A stretch of DNA of 64,000 bases from Bradymonadia bacterium (GTDB lineage Bacteria; Myxococcota_A; Bradymonadia; UBA7976; UBA1532): positions 17,035-81,034 of the forward strand of contig JBKAGE010000004.1 of NCBI GenBank assembly GCA_046290225.1, read 5' to 3'. This document shows positions 39,068 through 49,979 of the stretch, one piece after another; within the stretch, counting starts at the first letter, position 1; every line of letters begins with the position of its first letter. The notes beneath the pieces were generated by a model. It did no database searches, had not been told where the DNA came from, and saw nothing but the letters and a program-made list of their open reading frames with translations. Made by a program: the position numbers and the translations under genes.

Positions 39068-39195
39068 AACCCTCGCCCTGAGTCCACGCAGGACCACGAG
39101 TTCACAGATGTATCAACTCGTGCCCGTGCCCGTGCCCGTGCCCGAAACTCTCTTGCCCGCGGAGCGACCTCCGCAACCACCACCAGCCATCAAAA
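39068..39195 (+). repeat. Dispersed intergenic repeat with (GTGCCC)4 core
   Basis: Hexamers at 39120-39143; flanks match the reverse complement of 63700-63848. Confidence 0.85.
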
Positions 39196-39315
39196 TCATT
39201 ACGTCAGCTGGGGTGTCCCAAGCCCCCTCAACCAAAAAGTCTCATCCCCCACCATCACCTGTAGACACCACCATCCACCTGCCCCACACTCTGGCCTTCA
39301 TCTTCGACTGAGGAA

Positions 39316-40809
<1,494 letters not shown>

Positions 40810-40816
40810 GGTCTCT

Positions 40817-42238
40817 TTGGCGCTGATCCTCTGTGCATATGTCGTGGGGCTCTTCGGCCTCGCCATCTGGGCCAACCGCAAGGTGCAGGGCGCAGATGAT
40901 TTCTTCGTCGCCGGGCGCAAGCTCTCGCTGCCCGTGTCCACAGCGACGCTCTTCGGCACGTGGTTCGGCGCCGGCACCCTGCTCGCTGCTGCAGACGAAG
41001 TCCGCGCCGACGGTCTGCGTGCTGTGGCCATGGAGCCCATCGGCGCCGGGCTGTGCCTCGTGGTGGTGGGCCTCGTCTTCGCCCGCAAACTCTGGCGGGC
41101 GAAGCTGCTCACCCTTGGCGACTTCTATCGACAGCGTTTTGGTCCCGTGGCGGAGTGGCTGTTCGCCCTGAGTGCCGCCACCTACCTCGGCTGGATCGCG
41201 GCCCAGCTCGTGGGCATGGGCGGAGTGCTGCACACGCTTTTCGATGTGCCAATGGGCACAGCGATGGTGATCACCACCATCATCGCCCTGGCGTATACGC
41301 TCATCGGGGGCATGTGGTCCGTGGCCCTCACTGACTCGGTGCAGATCGCGCTGCTCATCGGCGGTCTCGTGTGGGTGCTGATCTCAGTGCTCTCGGGCAT
41401 GGGGGAGGGCGATCTGACGGCGGGCCTCGACGCCTTGCAAGCCCAGGCCCCTGCAGGGCACTTGATCGTGATCCCCACCGAGAAGGCCGGCGAGCTGTGG
41501 GGGTGGGTGAACCTGCTCATCGTGGGCACCTTGGGAAACATCGCCGGCAATGACGTCATGCAGCGGGTGTTCTCTGCCCGCAGCCCGGAGGTGGCTCGGG
41601 GGGCGTGTCTGATCGCCGGCGTGGGTTACCTCGTGGTGGGCGTCGCCCCCGCGTTGTTGGGGGTGGCTGCGGCCATCTTGATGCCCGACGTGGCGACGGC
41701 TGTGTTGCCCGCGCTGGCCCAGAAAGTGCTCGATCCAGTGTCGTCGACGCTGTTCACGCTGGCGCTGGTGTCAGCGGTGTTGTCCACCCTCGACTCGGCG
41801 TTGCTCAGCGCCTCTACGGTGGTGGCCCGAAACCTCGTCCAGCCCCTCTGGCCCCGGCCACTGCCCATGCTGAAGGTGACCCGCTGGGCCTGTGTTGTGA
41901 TGGCTGGGTTGAGTCTGGCGCTGGCCTTTGCCGGGGAGTCGGCTTTCGGCTTGCTCGAAGGCAGCTACGCGTTGACGCTGGCGGGGCCTTTCGTACCACT
42001 GCTGTTCGGATTGTGGTGGGGTCGTGGTGGGCAGCTCGCCGCTGTGGCTTCGCTGATTCTGGGGTATGGGATCACTGCGTTGGAGCTGATCTACCCAGAG
42101 ATGCAGCCGCCGATCCCTTTGCCGTTGCTTGCCCTGGGCGTGAGCGCGGTCGTCTACGTCACCCTGGCATGGTGGGCAGGGGGTGCAGGCCCCAACCCAG
42201 AGGCTGGGCCGGTTGATCAGGGCCCTGATCCCGCATGA
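40817..42238 (+). CDS. Sodium:solute symporter family protein
   Basis: DFFVAGRKL, YTLIGGMWSVALTD.VQ, MQRVFSARS and SAVLSTLDS motifs; start uncertain. Confidence 0.92.
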   Translation: MALILCAYVVGLFGLAIWANRKVQGADDFFVAGRKLSLPVSTATLFGTWFGAGTLLAAADEVRADGLRAVAMEPIGAGLCLVVVGLVFARKLWRAKLLTLGDFYRQRFGPVAEWLFALSAATYLGWIAAQLVGMGGVLHTLFDVPMGTAMVITTIIALAYTLIGGMWSVALTDSVQIALLIGGLVWVLISVLSGMGEGDLTAGLDALQAQAPAGHLIVIPTEKAGELWGWVNLLIVGTLGNIAGNDVMQRVFSARSPEVARGACLIAGVGYLVVGVAPALLGVAAAILMPDVATAVLPALAQKVLDPVSSTLFTLALVSAVLSTLDSALLSASTVVARNLVQPLWPRPLPMLKVTRWACVVMAGLSLALAFAGESAFGLLEGSYALTLAGPFVPLLFGLWWGRGGQLAAVASLILGYGITALELIYPEMQPPIPLPLLALGVSAVVYVTLAWWAGGAGPNPEAGPVDQGPDPA

Positions 42239-42971
42239 GGGTGAACTCACCCTCGTGATATCGCAGCCACGTGAAGTGGTTGAGCCAGTCCCCGAGAATG
42301 AAGAGCGATTGTGAGCGGCCCTGGTGATCTCGCTGGCGGGCGAGGGCTTTGTGATAGTGCCCCATCACGAGCACCTCGTGGCCTTGCTCGATCTTGCTCT
42401 GCCACCACGCGTCGAGGTGATGCTCCGGCAAAGGCAAGGTGTAGTCTGCGGTGCGATCTTCACCGCCGAGCCATCGGCCGTATGCCCCTGCCGCCCAGGC
42501 CGCCGCCGAGGGGTGGATCGCCCGAGCGCCTTTGAGCAACGTGGGCTGGTGCACCGCGCGACACACAAAGCGCTTGAAGCTGCCCCGCACATCCTCTCGA
42601 TCACCGTGATCGATCCAGACTTGCCGTTCACCAAACCGGCGCACGAGGGGCGTGTGCTGTACCCGCACGCCGATCTGATCGAAGAACGGGCCCGGATCTG
42701 GATCATGGTTGCCGGGGAACAGCACCACCTCCACACCAGCCTCCACCAGCTCGGCGAGGGCCCGCAAGAAGGGGAAGAACTGGCTGTAGATGGCCCCGGA
42801 GTAGCCCAGCCAGAAATCGAAAATGTCACCGACGAGGAACAGGCTGCTCACTGGCCGGTGGGCGAGGCTCTGCACGAAACGCAGCAGGCGCTTCGCCTCG
42901 GGCGTCTCCGGGTCAGCCAGATGCAGATCGCTGATGAAGACCGCCTCACCTGGGCGTTGGACTTCGATCAC
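42159..42971 (-). CDS. lpxH: UDP-2,3-diacylglucosamine diphosphatase-like metallophosphoesterase (LpxH/LpxH2-type)
   Basis: FISDLH, GDIFDFW, GNHD, HGD, MGHYH and LGDW motifs; GTG overlaps the upstream TGA. Confidence 0.8.
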   Translation of the reverse strand: MIEVQRPGEAVFISDLHLADPETPEAKRLLRFVQSLAHRPVSSLFLVGDIFDFWLGYSGAIYSQFFPFLRALAELVEAGVEVVLFPGNHDPDPGPFFDQIGVRVQHTPLVRRFGERQVWIDHGDREDVRGSFKRFVCRAVHQPTLLKGARAIHPSAAAWAAGAYGRWLGGEDRTADYTLPLPEHHLDAWWQSKIEQGHEVLVMGHYHKALARQRDHQGRSQSLFILGDWLNHFTWLRYHEGEFTLMRDQGPDQPAQPLGWGLHPLPTMPG

Positions 42972-44944
42972 CGCTTGAGCCTCCGGGCGAGCCGCCGGGC
43001 CCCGGGCATGCACTGCAAAGCTTGGGGCTCCGCCTCGAGCAGGTCCTCGAAGGTCTGGCGGCTCTCCACCTCCCACACGCCGGCGAGGCGGGTGGCGTCA
43101 GCGACGAGCTCGGCGTATTGCGCCTCGCCGCCGAGACGAGAGGTCACCCGACGCATGCGGGCCGCGGCGCTGTTGTAGTGTTTGGCCAGCTCCAGCAGCC
43201 CCTCCGGGTTCGGGGCCTTGCGCATGGCTTCGTACTCTTTCTCGAGGGCGGCTTTTTGCACTGAGACTTCTTCAGCATAGGCCGCTGAAGCCTCCTCACG
43301 CTCGCCGAGCTGATCGAGCACGCGGCCCAGGGCGTAGTGGCGCGCGGGGGTGGCAGGGGCTTGCAGGGCGTTGGCCTTTCGGTACTTGTCCGCGGCGTCC
43401 AACAGGATGACCCGCCGGGCCTCCGGGCTGTCGATCACGTCTGTAGCTTCAGCGCCGCGGCGCTTCAGATCTCCACCCCAGAACCGGTAGTAGTCGAAGG
43501 GCACCGTGGAGGTGTTGAGGGCCAGGACCATGGCGCCGGCCATGAGCACCTGCATCGCCGCCTTGGGGGCCACGGCACGCTCGAAGAGGTTGGGCCCTCC
43601 ATCTAACGTGGCGAGTACGGCGAAGAAGATGGCGCCTGCGGCCCAGGACATACCCTCGAAGGGCAGCGCGAGGGTGAGGGCGGCGGCGCAGATGGCGGCG
43701 GTGATGGCGTACATCCAGCGCGTGGCCCCGTCGACCTTCCGCTCGGCGAGGGTGTCGATGAAGCTCTTCAGCCCGTCGAAGATCCCCGCGAGCCGCGCGG
43801 TCTGGCGCTGCAAGAACACCCAGAGCGCCGGCGGGGTCAGCATGATGAAGTCCAGGGCGAGCATGTAGGCCGAGAACCAGCCGATCTCGAGGTTCAGGAA
43901 CTCGACGAGGATATGGAACATCGGCAGGGTGAGCAGGCCGAAGAGCCACACCATCTTCAAGCGACCCAAGCCGATGATGACCGCGCACTGACCCGCGGCG
44001 TACACGAACAGCCAAGTGTTCTGAATGGCGATGTCGTCACCGCTGAAGAGTGCCCAGGCGGCGAGGGGCACCACCGGCAGAGACAGCCAGCCCCTGGCGA
44101 TGGTCTCCGTGGCGTAAGCCGCCCCACCGATGAGAGCGCCCACGGCGACGAGGGCACCCCAGTCCTGAGATCCCATGACCTTCCAGCCCATAAAGACGAA
44201 GGCGGCGGGCAGAACACCGATGAGCAGCTTGCCCCCACGGGGCAGCAGGAAGGGCAGGGGGGCCATGAGCTCCACCACCATCACTCCCACGGCGGCGAGG
44301 GTCCAGCTGCCGGCGACGGTGACCCCGAGCAGATCACCCTGAGTGGCGATGTGATCGATTAGGGGGCTGCAGTTCGGGGTGAGCTGTTGCATCACCGAGC
44401 CGTCCCACCAGACCTCGTCCCACTTGGTCACGCCGGTGTAGAAGTAGGTGATGGCCATCTGCCAGCGCAGCAGCATCCAGGCCCAGCTCTTGATGGGGGC
44501 AGGATCTTCACGTCGCCGGGTCTCTGGATCATCAAAGGGCATGAAGACGCAGAGCAGCAGCACCAGCCCCAACAGGTAGTGGTGTTGATACGAGTCGGCC
44601 TGGCTCCAATAGTAAACGCCGTTGTAGAGCACGCAGGCCCCGATGACCGAGGCCTTCACGGCGACGCCGAGGGCCGCCTGGAGCGCCATGTAGCCACAGA
44701 GCAGCCACGCCAGCCCCACCGCCACGACCCCCGGGGTCGGGATCAACGCGTCGAGCCAGGCGAACTGGGTGGCGTTGAAGGCCCCTGCGCCGTAGCGCGG
44801 CGCGTGCTCGATGTTGAGCATCCAGACATCGAAGGCCAGTACGCCGAAGACCAGCAGCCTCAGCAGGTTGAGGCGCAGCGGATGCACAGTGTGATCGAAC
44901 CAGTAGCGCTGCCACCGGCCTTGCAGGTCGAGGGGAGCGCTCAT
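42968..44944 (-). CDS. HTTM-domain (vitamin K-dependent gamma-carboxylase-like) membrane protein with TPR-like C-terminus
   Basis: YQHHYL, LRWQMAITYFYTGVTK, W.DG, VEL, FH....L.IGWFS motifs; RHYALGRVLDQLG TPR-like segment. Confidence 0.82.
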   Translation of the reverse strand: MSAPLDLQGRWQRYWFDHTVHPLRLNLLRLLVFGVLAFDVWMLNIEHAPRYGAGAFNATQFAWLDALIPTPGVVAVGLAWLLCGYMALQAALGVAVKASVIGACVLYNGVYYWSQADSYQHHYLLGLVLLLCVFMPFDDPETRRREDPAPIKSWAWMLLRWQMAITYFYTGVTKWDEVWWDGSVMQQLTPNCSPLIDHIATQGDLLGVTVAGSWTLAAVGVMVVELMAPLPFLLPRGGKLLIGVLPAAFVFMGWKVMGSQDWGALVAVGALIGGAAYATETIARGWLSLPVVPLAAWALFSGDDIAIQNTWLFVYAAGQCAVIIGLGRLKMVWLFGLLTLPMFHILVEFLNLEIGWFSAYMLALDFIMLTPPALWVFLQRQTARLAGIFDGLKSFIDTLAERKVDGATRWMYAITAAICAAALTLALPFEGMSWAAGAIFFAVLATLDGGPNLFERAVAPKAAMQVLMAGAMVLALNTSTVPFDYYRFWGGDLKRRGAEATDVIDSPEARRVILLDAADKYRKANALQAPATPARHYALGRVLDQLGEREEASAAYAEEVSVQKAALEKEYEAMRKAPNPEGLLELAKHYNSAAARMRRVTSRLGGEAQYAELVADATRLAGVWEVESRQTFEDLLEAEPQALQCMPGARRLARRLKR

Positions 44945-45408
44945 GAGGGATCACACAAGTTCAGGGTGGGATCGAAGGGACGCACCTGTACCACGCCGGT
45001 GCGGCCGGGGCGGCGGACCGGGCACACGATCTCGGCATTGAGGATCGGCGCCTTGCCCTCGGTGGCCATCTGCGGGCAGCGCCACTGAGCGAACTGGTCG
45101 ATGACGCTGCGTCGTGCGCGCTTGAAGAGGTTGATCCACAGGAAGTGAACCTCTTTGCCCGTGGGCACACGTCGCCTGACACCGTCGGTGGCGTCGTAGA
45201 AGGACACGTCGCACTTCACCATGCGGATCGGTGAGAACATGCGCCACGCGAAGCGCTCGTCGAAGGGATCTGCCCCCTCGGGGAGGGTCACCGGCTGCTC
45301 CGCAGGGGGCTCGGCGATGAGCTCTGGCAGAGGGTCGGGCCGCATGTAGTAGCTCAGTGGCAGGTAGAGCTGGGCGGCGAGGAAGGCCACGATGAACAGG
45401 CTGCGCAT
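44941..45408 (-). CDS. Small membrane-anchored HTTM partner protein
   Basis: N-terminal TM segment, DERFAWRMFSP motif, ATGA coupling to the HTTM gene. Confidence 0.7.
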   Translation of the reverse strand: MRSLFIVAFLAAQLYLPLSYYMRPDPLPELIAEPPAEQPVTLPEGADPFDERFAWRMFSPIRMVKCDVSFYDATDGVRRRVPTGKEVHFLWINLFKRARRSVIDQFAQWRCPQMATEGKAPILNAEIVCPVRRPGRTGVVQVRPFDPTLNLCDPS

Positions 45409-45538
45409 GGCAGATCCTTGGGCGGTGCGCTCAGCAGGGTTCTATCGCTGCCCCCCATCAGTGGCAAGTGCAGGCGTCGAGTCGACGGATCACGGGAACG
45501 TGATTGACCCTCGAGCGAAGTCGTGTTGATGCTCGCCC

Positions 45539-47014
45539 ATGCTCTTCGGCACCTACACATTCGCGTTGTTCCTCGCCCTGGTCCTGCTGGGCGCTCGGCT
45601 GTGCCCTCGGACCGAGAGTGGCTGGCGCATGCGCAAGGGCTGGCTGCTCACAGCGTCATATGGGTTCTACGCGTGTTGGAACTGGCCTTTCGCGGGGTTG
45701 CTCGCGCTGTCGACGGTGGTGGACTTCGTCGTGGCCCGGACGATGTATCACCGAAAGCGGCGCCGCCCGTGGTTGATGGTGAGCCTCGCGGTGAACCTCG
45801 GGGTGCTCGTCGCCTTCAAATACGCCGACTTTCTATTGTCGAGCGTGGGCGCCCTCTTGAGCAGCGTGGGCCTCGGCGCTGCAGATGCGGTCGGCGGGCC
45901 TCTGATCGACGGGTCCGCCCTCGACATCGTGCTTCCGGTGGGCATCAGCTTCTACACGTTTCAGACGCTCAGCTACACGATCGACGTCTATCGCGGTCAC
46001 ATGAAGCCTGCGAAGGACTGGCTGGACTTCGCCCTCTTTGTGAGCTTCTTCCCGCAGCTGGTGGCGGGGCCCATCGTCCGGGCCGATCAGTTCCTACCTC
46101 AATGTGCGCCAGGAGACGAGAGCGCGCGCCGTGGGGGCCCATCGGTCACCAGTGAGATGATGGCCACCGGGGTGTTCCTGGTGAGCTGGGGGCTGTTCAA
46201 GAAGGTGGCCATCGCTGATAACCTCGCCCCCATCGCCGATAAGATCTTCGCCCAACCCGACGCCGTAGGGCCTTTGGAGGGGCTCACCGGGCTCCTGGCC
46301 TTCTCTGGGCAGATTTACTGCGATTTCAGCGGCTATGCCCACATCGCAGTGGGCGTGGCGCTGTGGCTGGGCTTCCACCTGCCCGACAACTTTCAGCACC
46401 CCTATGCTGCCGTGGGTTTCTCCGACTTCTGGCGACGCTGGCACATCACCCTGTCACAGTGGCTGAGGGACTACCTCTACATCAGCCTCGGCGGCAACCG
46501 GAGGGGGCGCTGGCGCACCCAACGCAACCTCGTGATCACCATGTTGCTTGGCGGTCTCTGGCATGGCGCCGCCTGGCACTTCGTCGCTTGGGGTGGGCTA
46601 CATGGCCTCTATCTGGTGGTCGAGCGACTGGTGCGTCGCGGGCGGCAGGCGAAGCGCTCAGATGGCTTCAAGGGGTTCGCTGGCGCGCTGCTGACCTTTG
46701 CTCTCGTGCTGGTCACCTGGGCGTTCTTCCGGGCCAACACCACGATGGAGGCGGTGCATCTACTCGGATCCATCGTCGGGCTTGGTCCAGGCGTCTCCTC
46801 AGCTGGCGTCTCGGTGGGCATCCTCGAGCTGGCCCTCGTCGGCGGCGTCACCGCGGCGCTGGTGCTCGGTGGGTGGTGGTGGCGCGAACATCAGGTGGAG
46901 CATGTGGCCGCTAGGTTGCCGGGCTGGATGCTGGTACCCGGGCTGGTGGGGCTCTGGGTGGTCACCTTCCTGGGCGCTGGGGGCACCCGGGCGTTCATCT
47001 ACTTCCAGTTTTGA
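45539..47014 (+). CDS. MBOAT O-acyltransferase (AlgI/PatA/DltB-like)
   Basis: LPVGISFYTFQ, FFPQLVAGPI, QIYCDFSGY, FWRRWHITLS, GLWHGA and terminal FIYFQF. Confidence 0.97.
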   Translation: MLFGTYTFALFLALVLLGARLCPRTESGWRMRKGWLLTASYGFYACWNWPFAGLLALSTVVDFVVARTMYHRKRRRPWLMVSLAVNLGVLVAFKYADFLLSSVGALLSSVGLGAADAVGGPLIDGSALDIVLPVGISFYTFQTLSYTIDVYRGHMKPAKDWLDFALFVSFFPQLVAGPIVRADQFLPQCAPGDESARRGGPSVTSEMMATGVFLVSWGLFKKVAIADNLAPIADKIFAQPDAVGPLEGLTGLLAFSGQIYCDFSGYAHIAVGVALWLGFHLPDNFQHPYAAVGFSDFWRRWHITLSQWLRDYLYISLGGNRRGRWRTQRNLVITMLLGGLWHGAAWHFVAWGGLHGLYLVVERLVRRGRQAKRSDGFKGFAGALLTFALVLVTWAFFRANTTMEAVHLLGSIVGLGPGVSSAGVSVGILELALVGGVTAALVLGGWWWREHQVEHVAARLPGWMLVPGLVGLWVVTFLGAGGTRAFIYFQF

Positions 47015-47023
47015 GGGGGCAGC

Positions 47024-48040
47024 ATGCGGTACACACGTGAGATCCCGCAGTGGTCGATGGGCGGTGGTCGTCTCGCGATCTGGGTGGCCCTCGGCGTGGT
47101 GCTCACCCTCACGGCCCTGGAGCTGACGGCGCGTGTGGGACGAGGGTACGCCCCCGACAACGGCTTCAAGGTGGCCCGGGAGTGGAGCGCACATCTGTCT
47201 GCCTCCCATGAGGAGCTGCTGGTGCTCGGCGACTCTCGGGTGGCGTGGGGGGTTGACTGCGCCGGTGTGGACCAGGGGGTCTTCGAGACCTACGGCCCCC
47301 CAGGACGATGCCGCAACGGTGCGGTGATCTGGGGGCGGCTGCCGGAGATCCTCGAGGCCCTCGTCGACGCCGAGATCACCCCCGCGGGCATCGCGGTGGC
47401 CCTGTCGCCGGCGAGCCTCTACAGCCCGGCCTTCGCGCGAGAGTTCGCGCCGATACACGCTGGCTTCGAGCGGTTGGGGCTGGTGGCGCGCATCGACGCT
47501 TTGCTGCGCAATCGGGTTCGACGCCATCTGGTCATCGGGGAGGTGAAACTCCGGGTGGTGGTGGACATGCTCCTCGGCCGTCATGTGCAGCGCACGCGCT
47601 ATCTGCAGACCGACGAAGGCTGGAACGGAATGTACCTGCCCGAGTCGCTGCGCCCCGAGAGCAAGAAGTTTCAGATCGAGGCCTATGGCAAGCAGTTCCT
47701 CCGACCTCTCGATGCTGCGGGTACGCCTGTCCCCGAGGGCCACTTCGACGAGTACGACATGATCAAGGCCGAGGCTCGGGTGGTGGCGGCCCTGGACACC
47801 CTCGCGCGCCGCGGGAGCCGCCTGACGTTCTTTCGTATGCCTGTGGGCCCGCAGATTGATGCCTTGGAGAAACAGCTCGGCCTCGCTCAGCGGCTGCCCG
47901 CCATTGCAGAGGCGGCCCGCGGCAAATATCGGGACTTCAATGGCCCAGGCTACCCTGTGGCCGACGAGAGCCACATGAGCCATGAGCAGGCCACCCCTTT
48001 CAGCCGGGAGCTGGGCCGATGGATCGGCGAGTCTCTGTGA
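47024..48040 (+). CDS. SGNH-like acyltransferase partner (AlgJ/DltD-like)
   Basis: N-terminal TM segment, GDS nucleophile motif and C-terminal DESH. Confidence 0.8.
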   Translation: MRYTREIPQWSMGGGRLAIWVALGVVLTLTALELTARVGRGYAPDNGFKVAREWSAHLSASHEELLVLGDSRVAWGVDCAGVDQGVFETYGPPGRCRNGAVIWGRLPEILEALVDAEITPAGIAVALSPASLYSPAFAREFAPIHAGFERLGLVARIDALLRNRVRRHLVIGEVKLRVVVDMLLGRHVQRTRYLQTDEGWNGMYLPESLRPESKKFQIEAYGKQFLRPLDAAGTPVPEGHFDEYDMIKAEARVVAALDTLARRGSRLTFFRMPVGPQIDALEKQLGLAQRLPAIAEAARGKYRDFNGPGYPVADESHMSHEQATPFSRELGRWIGESL

Positions 48041-48049
48041 GATCGGCGC

Positions 48050-48964
48050 TCACCTCGCCGTGGGCAGGTGCTGATACAAAGTCGTGGGGCTGATGGCGAG
48101 GGCTCGGGCCGCGGCGCGGGCGTTGCCGTTGTGGTGATCGAGGGCGTCTACACATGCCCGCTGCTTGATCTCCCGGAGCGTCATCCCGGCGTACTTTGCA
48201 GATGAGTGTGTGGTCGTCGCGATGGGCGGGAGGTGCCTCGGGCGCACTGGGCTGCCCGCGCGCTCGAAGTCTGCTTCGAGCTCTGCCGCAGCGATCTGGT
48301 GTTTGAGCTGCCTGACGTTGCCAGGCCACGGACGCTTGCGGAGCGCGGTGAGGGTGGCCTCTGGCCATCGGCCGGGCTGGGCGCTGAAGGCCGAGACGAG
48401 GGCGGGCAAGTCGCTCAGGTGCGTTTCGAGGGCGGGGGTGCGCAGCACGAGACCTTCGATGCGGTAGAGCAAGTCTGCGCGGAACTTGCCCTCGCGGACC
48501 CGAGCCTGAAGGTCGATGTGGCTGGCGCAGATCAGCCGGAAGGGCGCCACCTCGATGGGCTGCCCACCTACAGGGGAGAACGTACGGTACTCCAGGGCGC
48601 GGAGCAGGCCGCCCTGCACCTCGGGCGGCAGATCAGCGATCTCGTCGAGGAACAGCGTGCCGCCTGCGGCCTCGCGGATGCAGCCTCGGCGCCGCACAGC
48701 CCCGGTGAAGCCCCCGGGCTCGGTGCCGAACAGTTGGGCGGTGGCGAGGCTCGGGGGCAGGTTGGCGCAGTTCACTGCCACAAAGGGTCGACCCTCACCT
48801 GCGAGGCGGTGCAGCGCCCGGGCTGCGAGCTCCTTCCCTGTACCTGTGGGGCCTTGAATCAACACCGGCGCGTCGACGCGGGCATAGTGCCGGATACGGG
48901 CTCTCAGGCGGGCCATGATCTCGCTCTCGCCGACGAGGGCGTGCAGGGGGTGGGGGGCGTTCAT
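48050..48964 (-). CDS. Sigma54 activator lacking an N-terminal sensor domain
   Basis: GPTGTGKE, GGFTGA, LFLDEI, WPGNVRQL and Fis HTH; start at ATG 48964. Confidence 0.9.
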   Translation of the reverse strand: MNAPHPLHALVGESEIMARLRARIRHYARVDAPVLIQGPTGTGKELAARALHRLAGEGRPFVAVNCANLPPSLATAQLFGTEPGGFTGAVRRRGCIREAAGGTLFLDEIADLPPEVQGGLLRALEYRTFSPVGGQPIEVAPFRLICASHIDLQARVREGKFRADLLYRIEGLVLRTPALETHLSDLPALVSAFSAQPGRWPEATLTALRKRPWPGNVRQLKHQIAAAELEADFERAGSPVRPRHLPPIATTTHSSAKYAGMTLREIKQRACVDALDHHNGNARAAARALAISPTTLYQHLPTAR

Positions 48965-49040
48965 CGATTCACCTCTTGCGGTCGTGGGTGTCGATGGCAA
49001 TGTGTGTCGTCGACGCGGAATGTTTCAGGAGAAATGCCCC

Positions 49041-49658
49041 ATGGGCGGTCTCATCGCCGAGCAGAGGCTGCAGATCGCGGGCTTTGCCCCTCGATCCGAG
49101 GTCAACGGCCCCGGCCAGCGCGTGGTGATCTGGGTTCAGGGCTGCCCGCTCGATTGCCCAGGATGTTTCAACCCCGGCACCCATGACGGAGAGGCCGGGC
49201 GCTCAGTCACCTTACGGGCGCTCTTCGACGAGATCCTCGAGGCTCGGGGGCCGGAGACGGTGGGTGTGACCTTCTCTGGGGGTGAGCCCTTCGAGCAGGC
49301 GGCCTTGCTCGCGGATCTCTCCACGCTCCTGCGAGAGGCGTGGCCCTCAGTCAGCTTGATGGCGTTCTCGGGGTACGTGCTCGAGCATCTGCGCAGCGAT
49401 GAGGCGCCTGCAGGCAGCGAGGCGTTGCTCCGCGCCCTCGACGTCCTCGTCGACGGACCATTTGATCCATGGCGCCCCGGGCGTCTGCCCTGGCGAGGTT
49501 CCAGTAATCAGCGCCTGTGGGTGCTGGGGCGACCCCCCGAGGTCTGGAGTTCTGGTGGGCTCTCGGCAGAGATTCAGATCAGTGAAGACGGTGAGGTTCT
49601 GCTCAGCGGGTTCCCCGACGCTCGACTCAAGCGGGCTCTGAGCCGCGCCCTCGATTGA
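49041..49658 (+). CDS. NrdG-like radical SAM (4Fe-4S) protein
   Basis: VNGPG.R.VIWVQGCPLDCPGC, SGGEPF, DVLVDG and RGSSNQR; AGGAG before ATG 49041. Confidence 0.92.
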   Translation: MGGLIAEQRLQIAGFAPRSEVNGPGQRVVIWVQGCPLDCPGCFNPGTHDGEAGRSVTLRALFDEILEARGPETVGVTFSGGEPFEQAALLADLSTLLREAWPSVSLMAFSGYVLEHLRSDEAPAGSEALLRALDVLVDGPFDPWRPGRLPWRGSSNQRLWVLGRPPEVWSSGGLSAEIQISEDGEVLLSGFPDARLKRALSRALD

Positions 49659-49663
49659 ACCCC

Positions 49664-49978
49664 TCAGCGATGACAGAGGGTGCACGAAGCCGGCGTGTGG
49701 CACGTGGCACAGCGCTCAGGGGCCTGGCGGGCGGGGAAACCGTGGGCTGGGCCTCCGAAGGCGGGGCCGTGGCTGCTCGGGAGTACCGTTTGATGGCACC
49801 GCTCGCATGCGTCCTCGCCGTGGCAGGTGTCGCAGCCGTCGAGATCTCGATGATCGGTGACGAAGAGCGGTGTGTGGCTCGCAGGGCGAGGGCTCGGGGT
49901 AGGCCGTGGACGATCACCGCACCCCCATGAGAGCAGCGCACACATCACCGTGATGTCGAGCAGTCTGATCTGCATCAC
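49664..49978 (-). CDS. Small tetraheme cytochrome c lipoprotein
   Basis: Lipobox-like LSWGC; CDTCH, CERCH, CATCH and CTLCH plus four additional His residues. Confidence 0.9.
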   Translation of the reverse strand: MMQIRLLDITVMCALLSWGCGDRPRPTPSPRPASHTPLFVTDHRDLDGCDTCHGEDACERCHQTVLPSSHGPAFGGPAHGFPARQAPERCATCHTPASCTLCHR

Positions 49979-49979
49979 T

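Noticed and set aside
48990..49015. TGGCAA as a sigma54 promoter for the radical SAM gene
   Set aside because: No GC at the -12 position with N10 spacing.
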